Assembly (NCBI GenBank): GCA_038248505.1
Contig: JBBRXJ010000002.1
Coordinates: 32,048 to 96,047 of the forward strand
Length of the DNA: 64,000 nt
Reading direction: 5' to 3'
From: Bacteroidales bacterium
Lineage (GTDB): Bacteria > Bacteroidota > Bacteroidia > Bacteroidales > JBBRXJ01
Positions within the stretch are counted from its first letter, which is position 1, and the number at the start of each line of letters is the position of its first letter. Below the pieces are notes generated by a model. That model saw only the letters and a list, made by a program, of their open reading frames with translations. It was not told the DNA's origin and did not search any database. Made by a program: the position numbers and the translations under genes. Below, in pieces: positions 47,205-56,598 of the stretch.

Positions 47205-48098
47205 ATGTTATCCATACTAATCCCTGTATATAATTATAACACTAAAAAATTGGTAAATGACCTGTATGCACAGGCCATACTCCTAAAATACCCATTTGAA
47301 ATAATTCTACTTAACAATCATTCCGATCAGGCCTATTCATACGAGCTTGAAAAGCTTCAAAAGAAGGATCTCATTATAGTAATACATTCCGAACAGCTTT
47401 TAAATAGATCGATAGCTAGAAACACATTGGCTTTAAAAGCAAAAGGTAAGTTCTTGCTATTTATTGATTGTGATGCAAGTCTTGTCAAGCCTGATTTCAT
47501 TAAAACGTATATTGAAAATGCCAGTTCATCATTAGTTTTGTGCGGAGGTACTGCCTATCATTTAATACCAGAAAAGAACTCCAATCGATATTTACGTTGG
47601 TATTACGGTATTCACCGTGAAATGCGTCCAGCCGAAATTCGAAATAAAAATGCATGGTCTGGCTTCTCTGCATTTAATTTTTTTATCTCCGCTGACATTT
47701 TCAAATCGATCCTTTTTAATGAAAAAATAAGCCATTATGGCCATGAAGATACTTTATTTGGATTTGAATTAAAAAACAGAAATATTCTGATTAAACATAT
47801 TGATAACACTCTTATACATGACGGTATAGAAGAATCATCTGTTTTTTTAAAAAAAACAAAAGTGAGTTTAGTTACACTAAAAGAAATATGCGATTACTAT
47901 TGTAACGATCCCTTATTTATTAAGGATATACGAATAATGCTTAGCTATAAAAAACTTCAAAAATATGGATTAAACTCAATATTTTCATTACTATACAAGC
48001 ATTTTAATACGCTTATGGAAAAGAATCTTTTAAGTCAAAAACCATCACTAATTCTATTCGACTTATACAAATTATCGTATCTCTGCACCCTGAAATAA
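47205..48098 (+). CDS. GT2-family glycosyltransferase
   Basis: 297 aa with LSILIPVYN and FIDCDA (DxD) motifs. Confidence 0.8.
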   Translation: MLSILIPVYNYNTKKLVNDLYAQAILLKYPFEIILLNNHSDQAYSYELEKLQKKDLIIVIHSEQLLNRSIARNTLALKAKGKFLLFIDCDASLVKPDFIKTYIENASSSLVLCGGTAYHLIPEKNSNRYLRWYYGIHREMRPAEIRNKNAWSGFSAFNFFISADIFKSILFNEKISHYGHEDTLFGFELKNRNILIKHIDNTLIHDGIEESSVFLKKTKVSLVTLKEICDYYCNDPLFIKDIRIMLSYKKLQKYGLNSIFSLLYKHFNTLMEKNLLSQKPSLILFDLYKLSYLCTLK

Positions 48099-48105
48099 TT
48101 TAAAG

Positions 48106-48882
48106 ATGAATATTGCCAACTTCAATTCCATCAGCATCGCATTCTCTGAATATACAGCATTATTCCGATCAGCAAATGAGGCAAGTGATAAAAACATACT
48201 CTTAAAAATAAAGCATTCAGAAAGAGTCATGCAGTTAAGTGAAGAATTAGCTGTATCATGCAACTACGAACATGAAACCATTCTTCTTGCAAAAATATGT
48301 GGTTTACTCCATGATATCGGCCGATTTGAGCAATATCGAGATTATCAGACATTCTCAGACAATCAATCAATTGACCATGGCTGCTTAGGTCAAGAAGTAA
48401 TAGATAGAATTGGGATATTAAATGAACTAAATAGTAAAGAACATCAAATTATAAAGCAGGTGGTACTACATCACAACAGAAAAGAAATATCAAATTTATT
48501 AGATGAAGAAACCACTATTTATGTAAAGATTATTCGAGATGCTGACAAGCTTGACATTTTGAAACTGGTTACCGACTACTATCTCAGCAAGAATTTAAAC
48601 AGCACGCTGGTGCTCGATTTGCCAGAGACTGAATCGTATAATTCAATAGCGCTAGAATATATCTTGCGTTCACAAATTGTAGATAAAAAAGAACTTATTA
48701 GTATAAACGATTTTAAACTATTACAAATAAGTTGGGTATTCGATATTAATTTTCAGAAGAGCTATCAAATTTTAAAAAAAGAAAAATACATTGAAGAAAT
48801 ATTCTCAGTACTACCAAATGACGAACAAATAAAAAAAGCATCACACCTTGTACTTTCCTATTTAAATTTAAAAACGAACTGA
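48106..48882 (+). CDS. HD-domain phosphohydrolase
   Basis: 258 aa with H...HD...HH...D ligands (LLHDIGRF, VLHHN, DADKLD). Confidence 0.7.
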   Translation: MNIANFNSISIAFSEYTALFRSANEASDKNILLKIKHSERVMQLSEELAVSCNYEHETILLAKICGLLHDIGRFEQYRDYQTFSDNQSIDHGCLGQEVIDRIGILNELNSKEHQIIKQVVLHHNRKEISNLLDEETTIYVKIIRDADKLDILKLVTDYYLSKNLNSTLVLDLPETESYNSIALEYILRSQIVDKKELISINDFKLLQISWVFDINFQKSYQILKKEKYIEEIFSVLPNDEQIKKASHLVLSYLNLKTN

Positions 48883-48932
48883 TAACAACAGTATAAATTA
48901 AATGTTTAAGTCGGCATTTAAGACCTTTTATG

Positions 48933-48940
48933 TAAATTTG
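48933..48940 (+). promoter_or_regulatory. Candidate -7 box TAAATTTG upstream of coaD
   Basis: Exact TAnnTTTG match ending 18 nt before the ATG at 48959. Confidence 0.4.
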
Positions 48941-48958
48941 TATAAATAAATTCAAAAA

Positions 48959-49435
48959 ATGAATAGAATCGCAGTTTTCCCAGGCACTTTTGATCCATTT
49001 ACCTTGGGTCATGAAGCCATAGTTCGTAGAGGTTTAGAGCTCTTTGATATAATAATTATAGCCATAGGAGTAAATATTGAAAAGAAAACCCTATTAACTG
49101 CTGAGCGACGATTAGCATGCATTTCAAAGCTCTTTGAGGGAAATAAAAGGGTTACGGTTCTAACCTATCAAGGTCTGACCGTTGATTTGTGTAAAACATC
49201 TGATGCACTCTTCATTTTGCGTGGCATACGTTCCATTTCAGACCTTGAGTTTGAAACAATTATTGCCGCTAGCAATAAAGAACTTAATAATACCATTGAA
49301 ACAGTGTTTTTGCTTACCGATCCTAAGTTAAGTCATATTCACTCAACCGTTGTACGCGATATCTTTAAAAATAATGGCTCTATTTCAGCATTTGTCTCTA
49401 CTATCATTGCCGATGAATTGAAATCAATTAAATAA
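48959..49435 (+). CDS. coaD: Phosphopantetheine adenylyltransferase
   Basis: 158 aa with the AVFPGTFDPFTLGH motif. Confidence 0.95.
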   Translation: MNRIAVFPGTFDPFTLGHEAIVRRGLELFDIIIIAIGVNIEKKTLLTAERRLACISKLFEGNKRVTVLTYQGLTVDLCKTSDALFILRGIRSISDLEFETIIAASNKELNNTIETVFLLTDPKLSHIHSTVVRDIFKNNGSISAFVSTIIADELKSIK

Positions 49436-50895
49436 TGCTTCGTAAAATCATTTCAGTAATTGCTTATCTTCTCCCAGTAATAGTTACAGGCCAAACTATT
49501 ATTGAATGTAATCGCAGTGACTTCAAAAATACGACAATAACATTTCTTACCGAAGACAATCCGTTTACCCATCATGAAAGAATTATTGGAGAATGTATAA
49601 GTGATCAAAATGGCTCCTTTAAATGTAATTTAAATATTAAAAAAACACAACTGATACATACCCGAATACAGGCATTACATTTAAGCCTATTTGCCGAAAC
49701 GAACAGAAAATATCAGGTCATCCTTCCTCCCTCCCGTCAAAAAACAAAAGCTGATGAATTAAATCCTTTTTTTACTGAAGAACGGTTTCCTATTGGAATT
49801 GAAGTAGCAACGAATCTCACAACTAGCAATAGAATATTAGAAACGGAGGAATTAAATTACAAGATTTTCATTATTGATTCCATCTATAGTCATTTTGTAG
49901 ATAAAGCATCATTGAATGTATACCGTAATTTAAAAGCGAAAGCTGACTCAGTAATAACAGAGATGAACACTCGGTTTCTAAAAAAAGAGAAGAATGAATT
50001 CCTCCTATCTTATCTTCACAATAAACAAATTCTAATTAAACAAATCTATCAAAAACTCCCAGTGTCTAAAGCGGCTGAACAATATTTCTCCAATCAGTCA
50101 TTACAAATTGAAAACCCTGCATTTATAGAACTATTTAATAGTATTTTTGACAAACTTTTCTTCAATCTTAGTAAAACCGATCTAATTCAAGCACTATCAA
50201 TAGCGGTTTACTCAGATAGGCAGCCCAATAATTTAATGCAATTTTTGAGATCCAATTTTGGCATAAAAGATAGCTCCTTACAAACACTCATTATATTAAA
50301 GAGCATATACGATGATCAGTTTTCAAAAACATTTGAGATTAAAAGGCATCTGGAGTTACTTGATAGCATCATTCTTAAATCTCCCCCCCCATTTAGCACC
50401 ATTGCAAAAGAAATACGATTTGATATCGCACGAATTATGACAGGAGAAAAACCACCCACATTCATACTCCTAACAAAAGATAGTATTTATCAAATCCTTT
50501 CCGATTTTTATGGTCGCTATGTTTATATGCATTTCTGTAGCCCAGAAAATTACACCTGCCTTAAAGAATATCGTATACTAAATGAATACCATCGTCGCTT
50601 TGGCAACAAAGTTATTATAATATCCATGTTCGTTGATAGCTCATTTAGTGAAATGAAACATTTTGTAAAAAGCAATAAATATGATTGGCTTTTTCTTTAT
50701 TCAGGAAACAATAGCGAGTTACTATATAATTATAACATACAGGCTTATCCCTCCTGTTTATTTTTAGGACCAGATGGGAGAATAATTCTATCATCAGCCC
50801 CTTCTGCCACAGAAGGAATTGAGCGAAAAATATACGAGATTATGAAAAAAAATGGAGCAATTGAAGGAGATGGTTCAGAAGCCGGATTCTTTTAA
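49435..50895 (+). CDS. Secreted protein with a C-terminal TlpA/thioredoxin-like domain (non-canonical active site)
   Basis: 486 aa with a signal peptide. The C-terminal ~140 aa align by eye to TlpA-like thioredoxins, but read HFCSPENYTC where WCxPC is expected. Confidence 0.6.
   Translation: MLRKIISVIAYLLPVIVTGQTIIECNRSDFKNTTITFLTEDNPFTHHERIIGECISDQNGSFKCNLNIKKTQLIHTRIQALHLSLFAETNRKYQVILPPSRQKTKADELNPFFTEERFPIGIEVATNLTTSNRILETEELNYKIFIIDSIYSHFVDKASLNVYRNLKAKADSVITEMNTRFLKKEKNEFLLSYLHNKQILIKQIYQKLPVSKAAEQYFSNQSLQIENPAFIELFNSIFDKLFFNLSKTDLIQALSIAVYSDRQPNNLMQFLRSNFGIKDSSLQTLIILKSIYDDQFSKTFEIKRHLELLDSIILKSPPPFSTIAKEIRFDIARIMTGEKPPTFILLTKDSIYQILSDFYGRYVYMHFCSPENYTCLKEYRILNEYHRRFGNKVIIISMFVDSSFSEMKHFVKSNKYDWLFLYSGNNSELLYNYNIQAYPSCLFLGPDGRIILSSAPSATEGIERKIYEIMKKNGAIEGDGSEAGFF
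50383..50390 (+). repeat. C8 homopolymer inside the coding sequence
   Basis: TCT CCC CCC CCA encodes SPPP, in frame with the ORF start at 49435. Confidence 0.95.
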
Positions 50896-51498
50896 AACAT
50901 CTGCCAGAGAGGCATAAGTATCGGTATAAATCAAATCTCTATCCTTTTTGCCTTTCCAGGCAACCTCAGAAATACCCTCACTAATTTGAGGAACTAACAA
51001 ATGTTTCCCCGCCAATAACATTTCATACCAAAAAGTTTTCTTTAACACCATTTGGTCGTTTTGTAAATATACATGATAAACGGGCGATAATTGCTTTACT
51101 ATTTTATGACCAGATATACCACACTCCTCCTCCACCTCACGCAATGCTGCTTGTTCAATATCTTCATTTGGTTCCACCTTGCCTTTAGGCAAATCCCATC
51201 TATTAAAACGATATATAAATAAAATATCGCCTCCTCTTTTTTTAACAATACCACCAGCTGCATAGATGTATTGATGATACGACACAAAGGAAGCAAACAA
51301 AAGCTCAATATCCTCGTGAATGATAAAAAGCGAAGGAGTTGCTGAAGATTTAAAATAAAAGAGATTAACATAATCAAGCAACTCTTCTCTTGAATTATAA
51401 TAATAAATTATGGACTGATCTGATTCATATTCAGGTAGCCTATGAGGACAAAGAAAAATTATCCTTTCGTTATAAAAAACTTTATACATTTGCAACAT
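50875..51498 (-). CDS. NUDIX hydrolase
   Basis: 207 aa with the Nudix box GKVEPNEDIEQAALREVEEECGI. Confidence 0.85.
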   Translation of the reverse strand: MLQMYKVFYNERIIFLCPHRLPEYESDQSIIYYYNSREELLDYVNLFYFKSSATPSLFIIHEDIELLFASFVSYHQYIYAAGGIVKKRGGDILFIYRFNRWDLPKGKVEPNEDIEQAALREVEEECGISGHKIVKQLSPVYHVYLQNDQMVLKKTFWYEMLLAGKHLLVPQISEGISEVAWKGKKDRDLIYTDTYASLADVLKESGF

Positions 51499-52138
51499 GG
51501 AAAATACATCAAAAACAATAGCAGGATTGCTCCTGCAAATTAACGCAATAAAATTAGAACCTGCAAATCCATTTAAATGGGCATCTGGGTGGAGATCGCC
51601 AATTTATTGCGACAATAGACAAACCCTTTCATATCCGGAAGTTCGGCAAACAATTGCTGAGGCCTTTGCTGAAACAATTCAGGAGCAATATCCTGATACA
51701 GATGCAATTGCTGGCGTTGCAACAGGAGCCATCGCTCATGGTGTGCTAGTGGCCGATTTACTTGGCTTGCCTTTTGTTTATGTTCGTTCTGCCCCAAAAG
51801 AGCATGGATTAGCAAATTTAGTAGAAGGTTACCTAAAGCCTGGATCAAAGGTAGTCGTAATTGAAGACCTAATTTCAACCGGAAAGAGCAGTCTTAAAGC
51901 TGTAGAAGCACTCAGAGACTTTAATTGTACTGTTTTAGGGATGCTTGCGATATTTACCTATGGATTTGACAATGCCACAGAGAATTTCAAAATGCAAGAA
52001 TGCAAACTACATACACTTACCGATTATCAAACGGTTATTGAAATGGCTGCTGAGTCTAACTACATAAAAAAGACCGATATAGATATATTGAAAAAATGGA
52101 GAGAAATGCCAGACAAATGGGATGCACCCATTCTCTAA
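51497..52138 (+). CDS. pyrE: Orotate phosphoribosyltransferase
   Basis: 213 aa with WASGWRSPIYCDNR and the PRPP-binding VVVIEDLISTGKS. Confidence 0.95.
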   Translation: MENTSKTIAGLLLQINAIKLEPANPFKWASGWRSPIYCDNRQTLSYPEVRQTIAEAFAETIQEQYPDTDAIAGVATGAIAHGVLVADLLGLPFVYVRSAPKEHGLANLVEGYLKPGSKVVVIEDLISTGKSSLKAVEALRDFNCTVLGMLAIFTYGFDNATENFKMQECKLHTLTDYQTVIEMAAESNYIKKTDIDILKKWREMPDKWDAPIL

Positions 52139-52219
52139 TGCTGGAAAACAAATATTTAAATCTAGAATAATTGATTTATTCACCAAATATCATTATTTTA
52201 GGGACTTGAATCAGGACAA

Positions 52220-53803
52220 ATGGGATATAGAATATTACTAGCCGAAAAAAGCAAGGAATCACAAGGCGAGATAAAAAAGATACTTGAGAATTCTGGTTTA
52301 CCTTTTGATGTGTCAACCGAAGGCAAACCAGATGCATTGATAATGAATGCATATGAAAATAGACCTGATGCTATCATCCTAAACCTAACACCTGCAGAAC
52401 GAAACTTTGAACTATTACAGTCATTACGTTCAACTCGCGAAACTAGAGCAATACCCTTACTTGTTATTGTCGATGCTTCTGAAAAACTAAATTTAGAGAA
52501 GATTTTTGAGATGGGTATTATTGATCTTCTCTTTAAACCTATTGACAAGATTGAACTTCCAATACGTTTAAAATCAATTGTCTCAAAAAACAACTATTTT
52601 CTTAAATTTCTTAAACAAGCTGAAAAAGTTGAACAACTTGCTACTATTGCAAGTAAAAGTTCTAATTCAGTTGCCATAATTAGCCCTGATGGCAAGCTAG
52701 AATGGGTAAACAACGGTTTTACTGAAATGTATGAATATTCATTTATTGAATTTAAGAAAAAATTTGAAGACTCCTATTTTAATCCTCAAGTAAATACAGG
52801 TTTTGGTAAAGCACTTCAACGTTGTGTTTCAGATAAAGTAAATGTTCTTTATGAAAACTTCTGGAAATCCAAATCTGGTGATGAAAAATGGATACAAACT
52901 ACCTTAACGCCAGTATTTCATGAGGTAACAGGGCAGCTAATTAATTTAATTGCCATTGAAACAGACATTACCGAACTAAAAAAAGCAGAATCACGTTTAG
53001 AGGAACAAAATAACTATCTTTTAAAAGTTACAAAACATCTTGAAACAACTAACGAGATACTTGAGAAACAACGAATTGAAATTGAAAAGGAACGTCAAAA
53101 AGCAGATGAATTACTCTTCAATATCTTCCCGTATACCGTAGCAAAACAATTAAAAACAAAAGGAAGTACAAGTTTAAAAACCTACAAGCTAGTATCTGTT
53201 TTATTTACAGACTTTAAGGGATTCACAAAACTTTCAGAACAACTTCCGACTGAAGAATTGATTAAAGAACTCAGTAATTTTTTCGATGCATTTGATGAGA
53301 TAACTGGCAAACGTTATATTGAGAAAATAAAAACTATTGGAGACTCATATATGTGTGCAGGCGGGCTACCTTTAAGCAATAAAAGCAATCCTATTGACGT
53401 GGTTCTTGCAGGTCTAGAAATTCAAGATTTTGTTACAAAACACAGGCAACATTATATTGATAATGGCAAACCCGCTTGGGATCTTCGCCTTGGTATTCAT
53501 AGTGGTGAAGTTATTGCAGGAGTTATTGGTCGTAAAAAAATTGCATATGACATTTGGGGTGATACTGTAAACACTGCTAGCCGAATGGAAACAGCTGGAG
53601 AAATTGGGAGAGTGAATATATCGGGAGTAACATATCAATATATTAAAGATTATTTTGATTGCACCTATCGTGGAAAAATTGAAGTAAAATACAAAGGTGA
53701 ATTAGAGATGTACTACGTAAACCGCATATTTACAGAATTTGCTGAAGATGACAAAGGACTTATACCGAATGAGAAATTCAGAAAAATTATTGCAAGCTAC
53801 TAA
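52220..53803 (+). CDS. Pseudo-receiver - PAS - coiled coil - class III adenylate cyclase
   Basis: 527 aa. The REC-like N-terminus has N55 at the phospho-acceptor position and EK in place of the DD pair. The PAS-like region is aa ~150-255. The cyclase domain has FTDFKGFT, KTIGDSYM and YDIWGDTVNTASRME. Confidence 0.8.
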   Translation: MGYRILLAEKSKESQGEIKKILENSGLPFDVSTEGKPDALIMNAYENRPDAIILNLTPAERNFELLQSLRSTRETRAIPLLVIVDASEKLNLEKIFEMGIIDLLFKPIDKIELPIRLKSIVSKNNYFLKFLKQAEKVEQLATIASKSSNSVAIISPDGKLEWVNNGFTEMYEYSFIEFKKKFEDSYFNPQVNTGFGKALQRCVSDKVNVLYENFWKSKSGDEKWIQTTLTPVFHEVTGQLINLIAIETDITELKKAESRLEEQNNYLLKVTKHLETTNEILEKQRIEIEKERQKADELLFNIFPYTVAKQLKTKGSTSLKTYKLVSVLFTDFKGFTKLSEQLPTEELIKELSNFFDAFDEITGKRYIEKIKTIGDSYMCAGGLPLSNKSNPIDVVLAGLEIQDFVTKHRQHYIDNGKPAWDLRLGIHSGEVIAGVIGRKKIAYDIWGDTVNTASRMETAGEIGRVNISGVTYQYIKDYFDCTYRGKIEVKYKGELEMYYVNRIFTEFAEDDKGLIPNEKFRKIIASY

Positions 53804-54821
53804 TCATTCAGCATGTACACTTCCATCCTATTGGTTAATCGGTATCACCTTTCTAATAGTGATATCATCATGCAAAAATCAGAACAACATATCAAGCACA
53901 CCTACTAGTGGTAGCACGAGCGACTACATTATTAAATATAGAGGCATTGCTGTAAAAGAAATGAAACGCAGCAATATTCCAGCAAGCATTACTCTTGCAC
54001 AAGGAATTCTTGAATCAAACAGTGGTAATAGTTTCTTAGCGCGTGAGGGTAATAATCATTTCGGTATTAAATGTCATAATTGGCAAGGTAAAAAGATTTA
54101 CGAAGATGATGATAAAAAGCATGAATGCTTCCGAAAATATAATAGTCCCTATGAGTCATATCGAGACCACACTGATTTTCTGATGCGCACTCCCCGCTAT
54201 CGAAACTTGTTTGATTATGAAGCGAATGACTATAAATCATGGGCTAAAGGGCTAAAAAAAAACGGATATGCAACTAATCCAAAATATGCAAGCTTGCTTA
54301 TTGATCTTATTGAACGCTATCAACTATCTCAATATGATACAAAAAATGCAATAAATAAAATTGATGATATAAAAGAAAAAAATAACGATGAAAATAAGTC
54401 AACAAATATAGAAGAAGAAACCGAATCATTAGGTACAAGACAAATAAAATACAATAATAATATTCGCTACATCATTGCAAAATCAGGCGACTCCTATATA
54501 TCAATTGCGAAAGAATTAGGTATCTTACCAAACGAAATTTTTAAATACAATGACCTACCCAAAGATGCCAGCATAGCCGAAGGTCAGATTATATATGTTC
54601 AACCCAAAAGAAACAAAGCTGAATTTGGTTTTAACACACATAAGGTAATTGAAGGAGAAACTATGTATACCATAGCACAAAAATATGGAATCAAGCTGGA
54701 GCGACTCTATCAGATTAACACAATAAAAAGAGGGGAGAAATTAGAACCCGGGAGAAAACTGAATTTAAGAGATTTCTCAAATGACAACAAAGAAGAACAA
54801 TCATTTAAAATTGAATATTAA
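53739..54821 (+). CDS. Lipoprotein N-acetylglucosaminidase (FlgJ/GH73-like) with two C-terminal LysM domains
   Basis: Contains ITLAQGILESNSGNSFLAREGNNHFGIK, then two LysM repeats (YIIAKSGDSYISIAKE and HKVIEGETMYTIAQKYG). The start is uncertain: M1, M4 or M11, and all of them overlap the cyclase 3' end. Confidence 0.8.
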   Translation: MLKMTKDLYRMRNSEKLLQATNHSACTLPSYWLIGITFLIVISSCKNQNNISSTPTSGSTSDYIIKYRGIAVKEMKRSNIPASITLAQGILESNSGNSFLAREGNNHFGIKCHNWQGKKIYEDDDKKHECFRKYNSPYESYRDHTDFLMRTPRYRNLFDYEANDYKSWAKGLKKNGYATNPKYASLLIDLIERYQLSQYDTKNAINKIDDIKEKNNDENKSTNIEEETESLGTRQIKYNNNIRYIIAKSGDSYISIAKELGILPNEIFKYNDLPKDASIAEGQIIYVQPKRNKAEFGFNTHKVIEGETMYTIAQKYGIKLERLYQINTIKRGEKLEPGRKLNLRDFSNDNKEEQSFKIEY

Positions 54822-54842
54822 AAAAGGGAGCCTAGGCTCCCC
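54820..54842. terminator. Palindromic hairpin between the glucosaminidase gene and tRNA-Lys (best as the tRNA terminator)
   Basis: GGGAGCCTAGGCTCCC (54826-54841), preceded on the plus strand by a short A run, so on the minus strand it is followed by a T-tract right after the tRNA 3' end. Confidence 0.65.
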
Positions 54843-54845
54843 TTG

Positions 54846-54918
54846 TCGGCTCGGAGGGGGTCGAACCCTCGACCCCATGATTAAGAGTCACGTGCTCTAC
54901 CAACTGAGCTACGAACCG
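54846..54918 (-). tRNA. tRNA-Lys (anticodon CTT)
   Basis: Reverse complement CGGTTCGTAGCTCAGTTGGTAGAGCACGTGACTCTTAATCATGGGGTCGAGGGTTCGACCCCCTCCGAGCCGA. Acceptor CGGTTCG/CGAGCCG, anticodon loop ACTCTTAAT context. Confidence 0.9.
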
Positions 54919-54991
54919 ATTTTATGCCGCAAATATATATAAAATAACTTATAATCATTAAAAACTTTATATCACGCTGAAATTCTGACAA

Positions 54992-55903
54992 ATGCTAACA
55001 TGGGATGCCTTTAAAAAAGACTTTTCGGTATTTTTGAGACTTGAGAAATCCTTGTCTGAAAACTCAGTTGATGCTTATCTTGAAGATGTGAACAAATTAA
55101 GCCAATGGATGGAGATGAGACATCCTGGCTTACAACCATCCGCAATTGAATTAAAGCATCTTGAGAATTTTTTGGTGTGGTGTAATGAACTTGGCATGGG
55201 TACTCGCTCGCAAGTGCGTCTTATATCTGGAATTCGCGCTTTTTTTAAATTTTTATTAATCGAAAATATAATTGATAAAGATCCATCGCATTTATTAGAA
55301 TCACCTCGTATTGGACGAAAATTGCCCGATGTACTTTCGCTTCCTGAAATTGATGCAATACTAAACTGTATTGATCTTAGCACACATGAAGGGCATAGAA
55401 ATCATGCAATTATTGAAACTCTATATAGTTGCGGTCTTCGCGTTTCTGAAGCAATTGGTCTCAAAATCTCTGATTTATTCTTTGCCGATGGCTATATTAA
55501 AGTAAAAGGAAAAGGAAGTAAAGAGCGCCTTGTTCCTATTAGTGATAAAGCTATACATGAAATAAAACTATATCTAGAACATTTCAGAAATCAAATAAAA
55601 ATTACAAAAAAAAGTGAAGATATCCTATTCCTTAACCGAAGAGGGGCTAAGCTTTCACGAGTTATGATTTTCATACTTGTTAAAGATTTAGCAACTAAAG
55701 CTAGAGTTAACAAAAACATCAGTCCACATACCTTTCGGCATTCGTTTGCATCACATTTAGTTGAGGGTGGTGCAGATTTGCGTTCGGTACAGGAAATGCT
55801 TGGGCATGAATCGATCATAACTACTGAAATATATACTCATCTAGACCGAGAGTTTCTTCGCGATGCTATTATCCGCTTTCATCCAAGATCACAGAAAAAA
55901 TAA
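54992..55903 (+). CDS. xerD: Site-specific tyrosine recombinase XerD
   Basis: 303 aa with R...HxxR...Y catalytic residues (LRVSE, HTFRHSFASHL, LGHESIITTEIYTH). Confidence 0.85.
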   Translation: MLTWDAFKKDFSVFLRLEKSLSENSVDAYLEDVNKLSQWMEMRHPGLQPSAIELKHLENFLVWCNELGMGTRSQVRLISGIRAFFKFLLIENIIDKDPSHLLESPRIGRKLPDVLSLPEIDAILNCIDLSTHEGHRNHAIIETLYSCGLRVSEAIGLKISDLFFADGYIKVKGKGSKERLVPISDKAIHEIKLYLEHFRNQIKITKKSEDILFLNRRGAKLSRVMIFILVKDLATKARVNKNISPHTFRHSFASHLVEGGADLRSVQEMLGHESIITTEIYTHLDREFLRDAIIRFHPRSQKK

Positions 55904-56562
55904 TGAAACCCATCCTGCTATATAAAAAAGTAATCAATTATTTCAGCAAACACATGCCTAATGCTGAAACAGAGCTAAACTACCATAATTCGTTTCAATT
56001 GCTAGTGGCAGTAATCTTATCTGCACAGTGCACAGATAAACGTGTAAATCAAATTACGCCTAATGTTTTTAAGCAATTTCCTGATGCACAATCCATGGCA
56101 GCATCAAGTCAAGAAAAGATCTTTGAACTTATTAAAACATGCTCCTATCCTAATAATAAAGCACAACATCTTTTTGAAATGTCAAAAATGCTTATAAAAA
56201 AGCATAAGGGTATTGTACCACCAGAAATGGATGCTTTACTATGCTTGCCAGGAGTTGGAAGAAAAACCGCCAATGTAATACGATCTGTAATTTACAACGA
56301 ACCGGGATTTGCTGTTGATACTCATGTATTTAGAGTAGCTGCGCGAATTGGCTTAACAAAAAAGGCAAAGAACCCATTACAAGCTGAGGAACAACTAACA
56401 AAAGGGTTTCCTGAAGAATTAATTCCTAAAGCACATCACTGGTTAATATTACATGGACGATATGTATGTACAGCTAAAAAACCAAAATGTGAACTTTGTG
56501 GTTTAAAAAACTTTTGTTTATACAATAAAAGGCAATCGTTTTCAAAAGCTAAGAAGGCATAA
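55903..56562 (+). CDS. nth: Endonuclease III
   Basis: 219 aa. HhH-GPD LPGVGRKTANV and a 4Fe-4S cluster motif C-x6-C-x2-C-x5-C (CTAKKPKCELCGLKNFC). Confidence 0.9.
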   Translation: MKPILLYKKVINYFSKHMPNAETELNYHNSFQLLVAVILSAQCTDKRVNQITPNVFKQFPDAQSMAASSQEKIFELIKTCSYPNNKAQHLFEMSKMLIKKHKGIVPPEMDALLCLPGVGRKTANVIRSVIYNEPGFAVDTHVFRVAARIGLTKKAKNPLQAEEQLTKGFPEELIPKAHHWLILHGRYVCTAKKPKCELCGLKNFCLYNKRQSFSKAKKA

Positions 56563-56598
56563 ACGAAAAAAAACAGTTTTTTTTTATATTTTTATACC

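Noticed and set aside
52198-52593. 131-aa minus-strand ORF
   Set aside because: It is antisense to the receiver domain of the cyclase gene and is Ser- and Ile-rich with low complexity.
54846-55903. tRNA-Lys next to a tyrosine recombinase, which could mark an integrated element or genomic island
   Set aside because: The recombinase has the length and motifs of housekeeping XerD and is followed by nth. It faces the 5' end of the tRNA, not the 3' end. I saw no direct repeat of the tRNA 3' end and no phage or conjugation genes.
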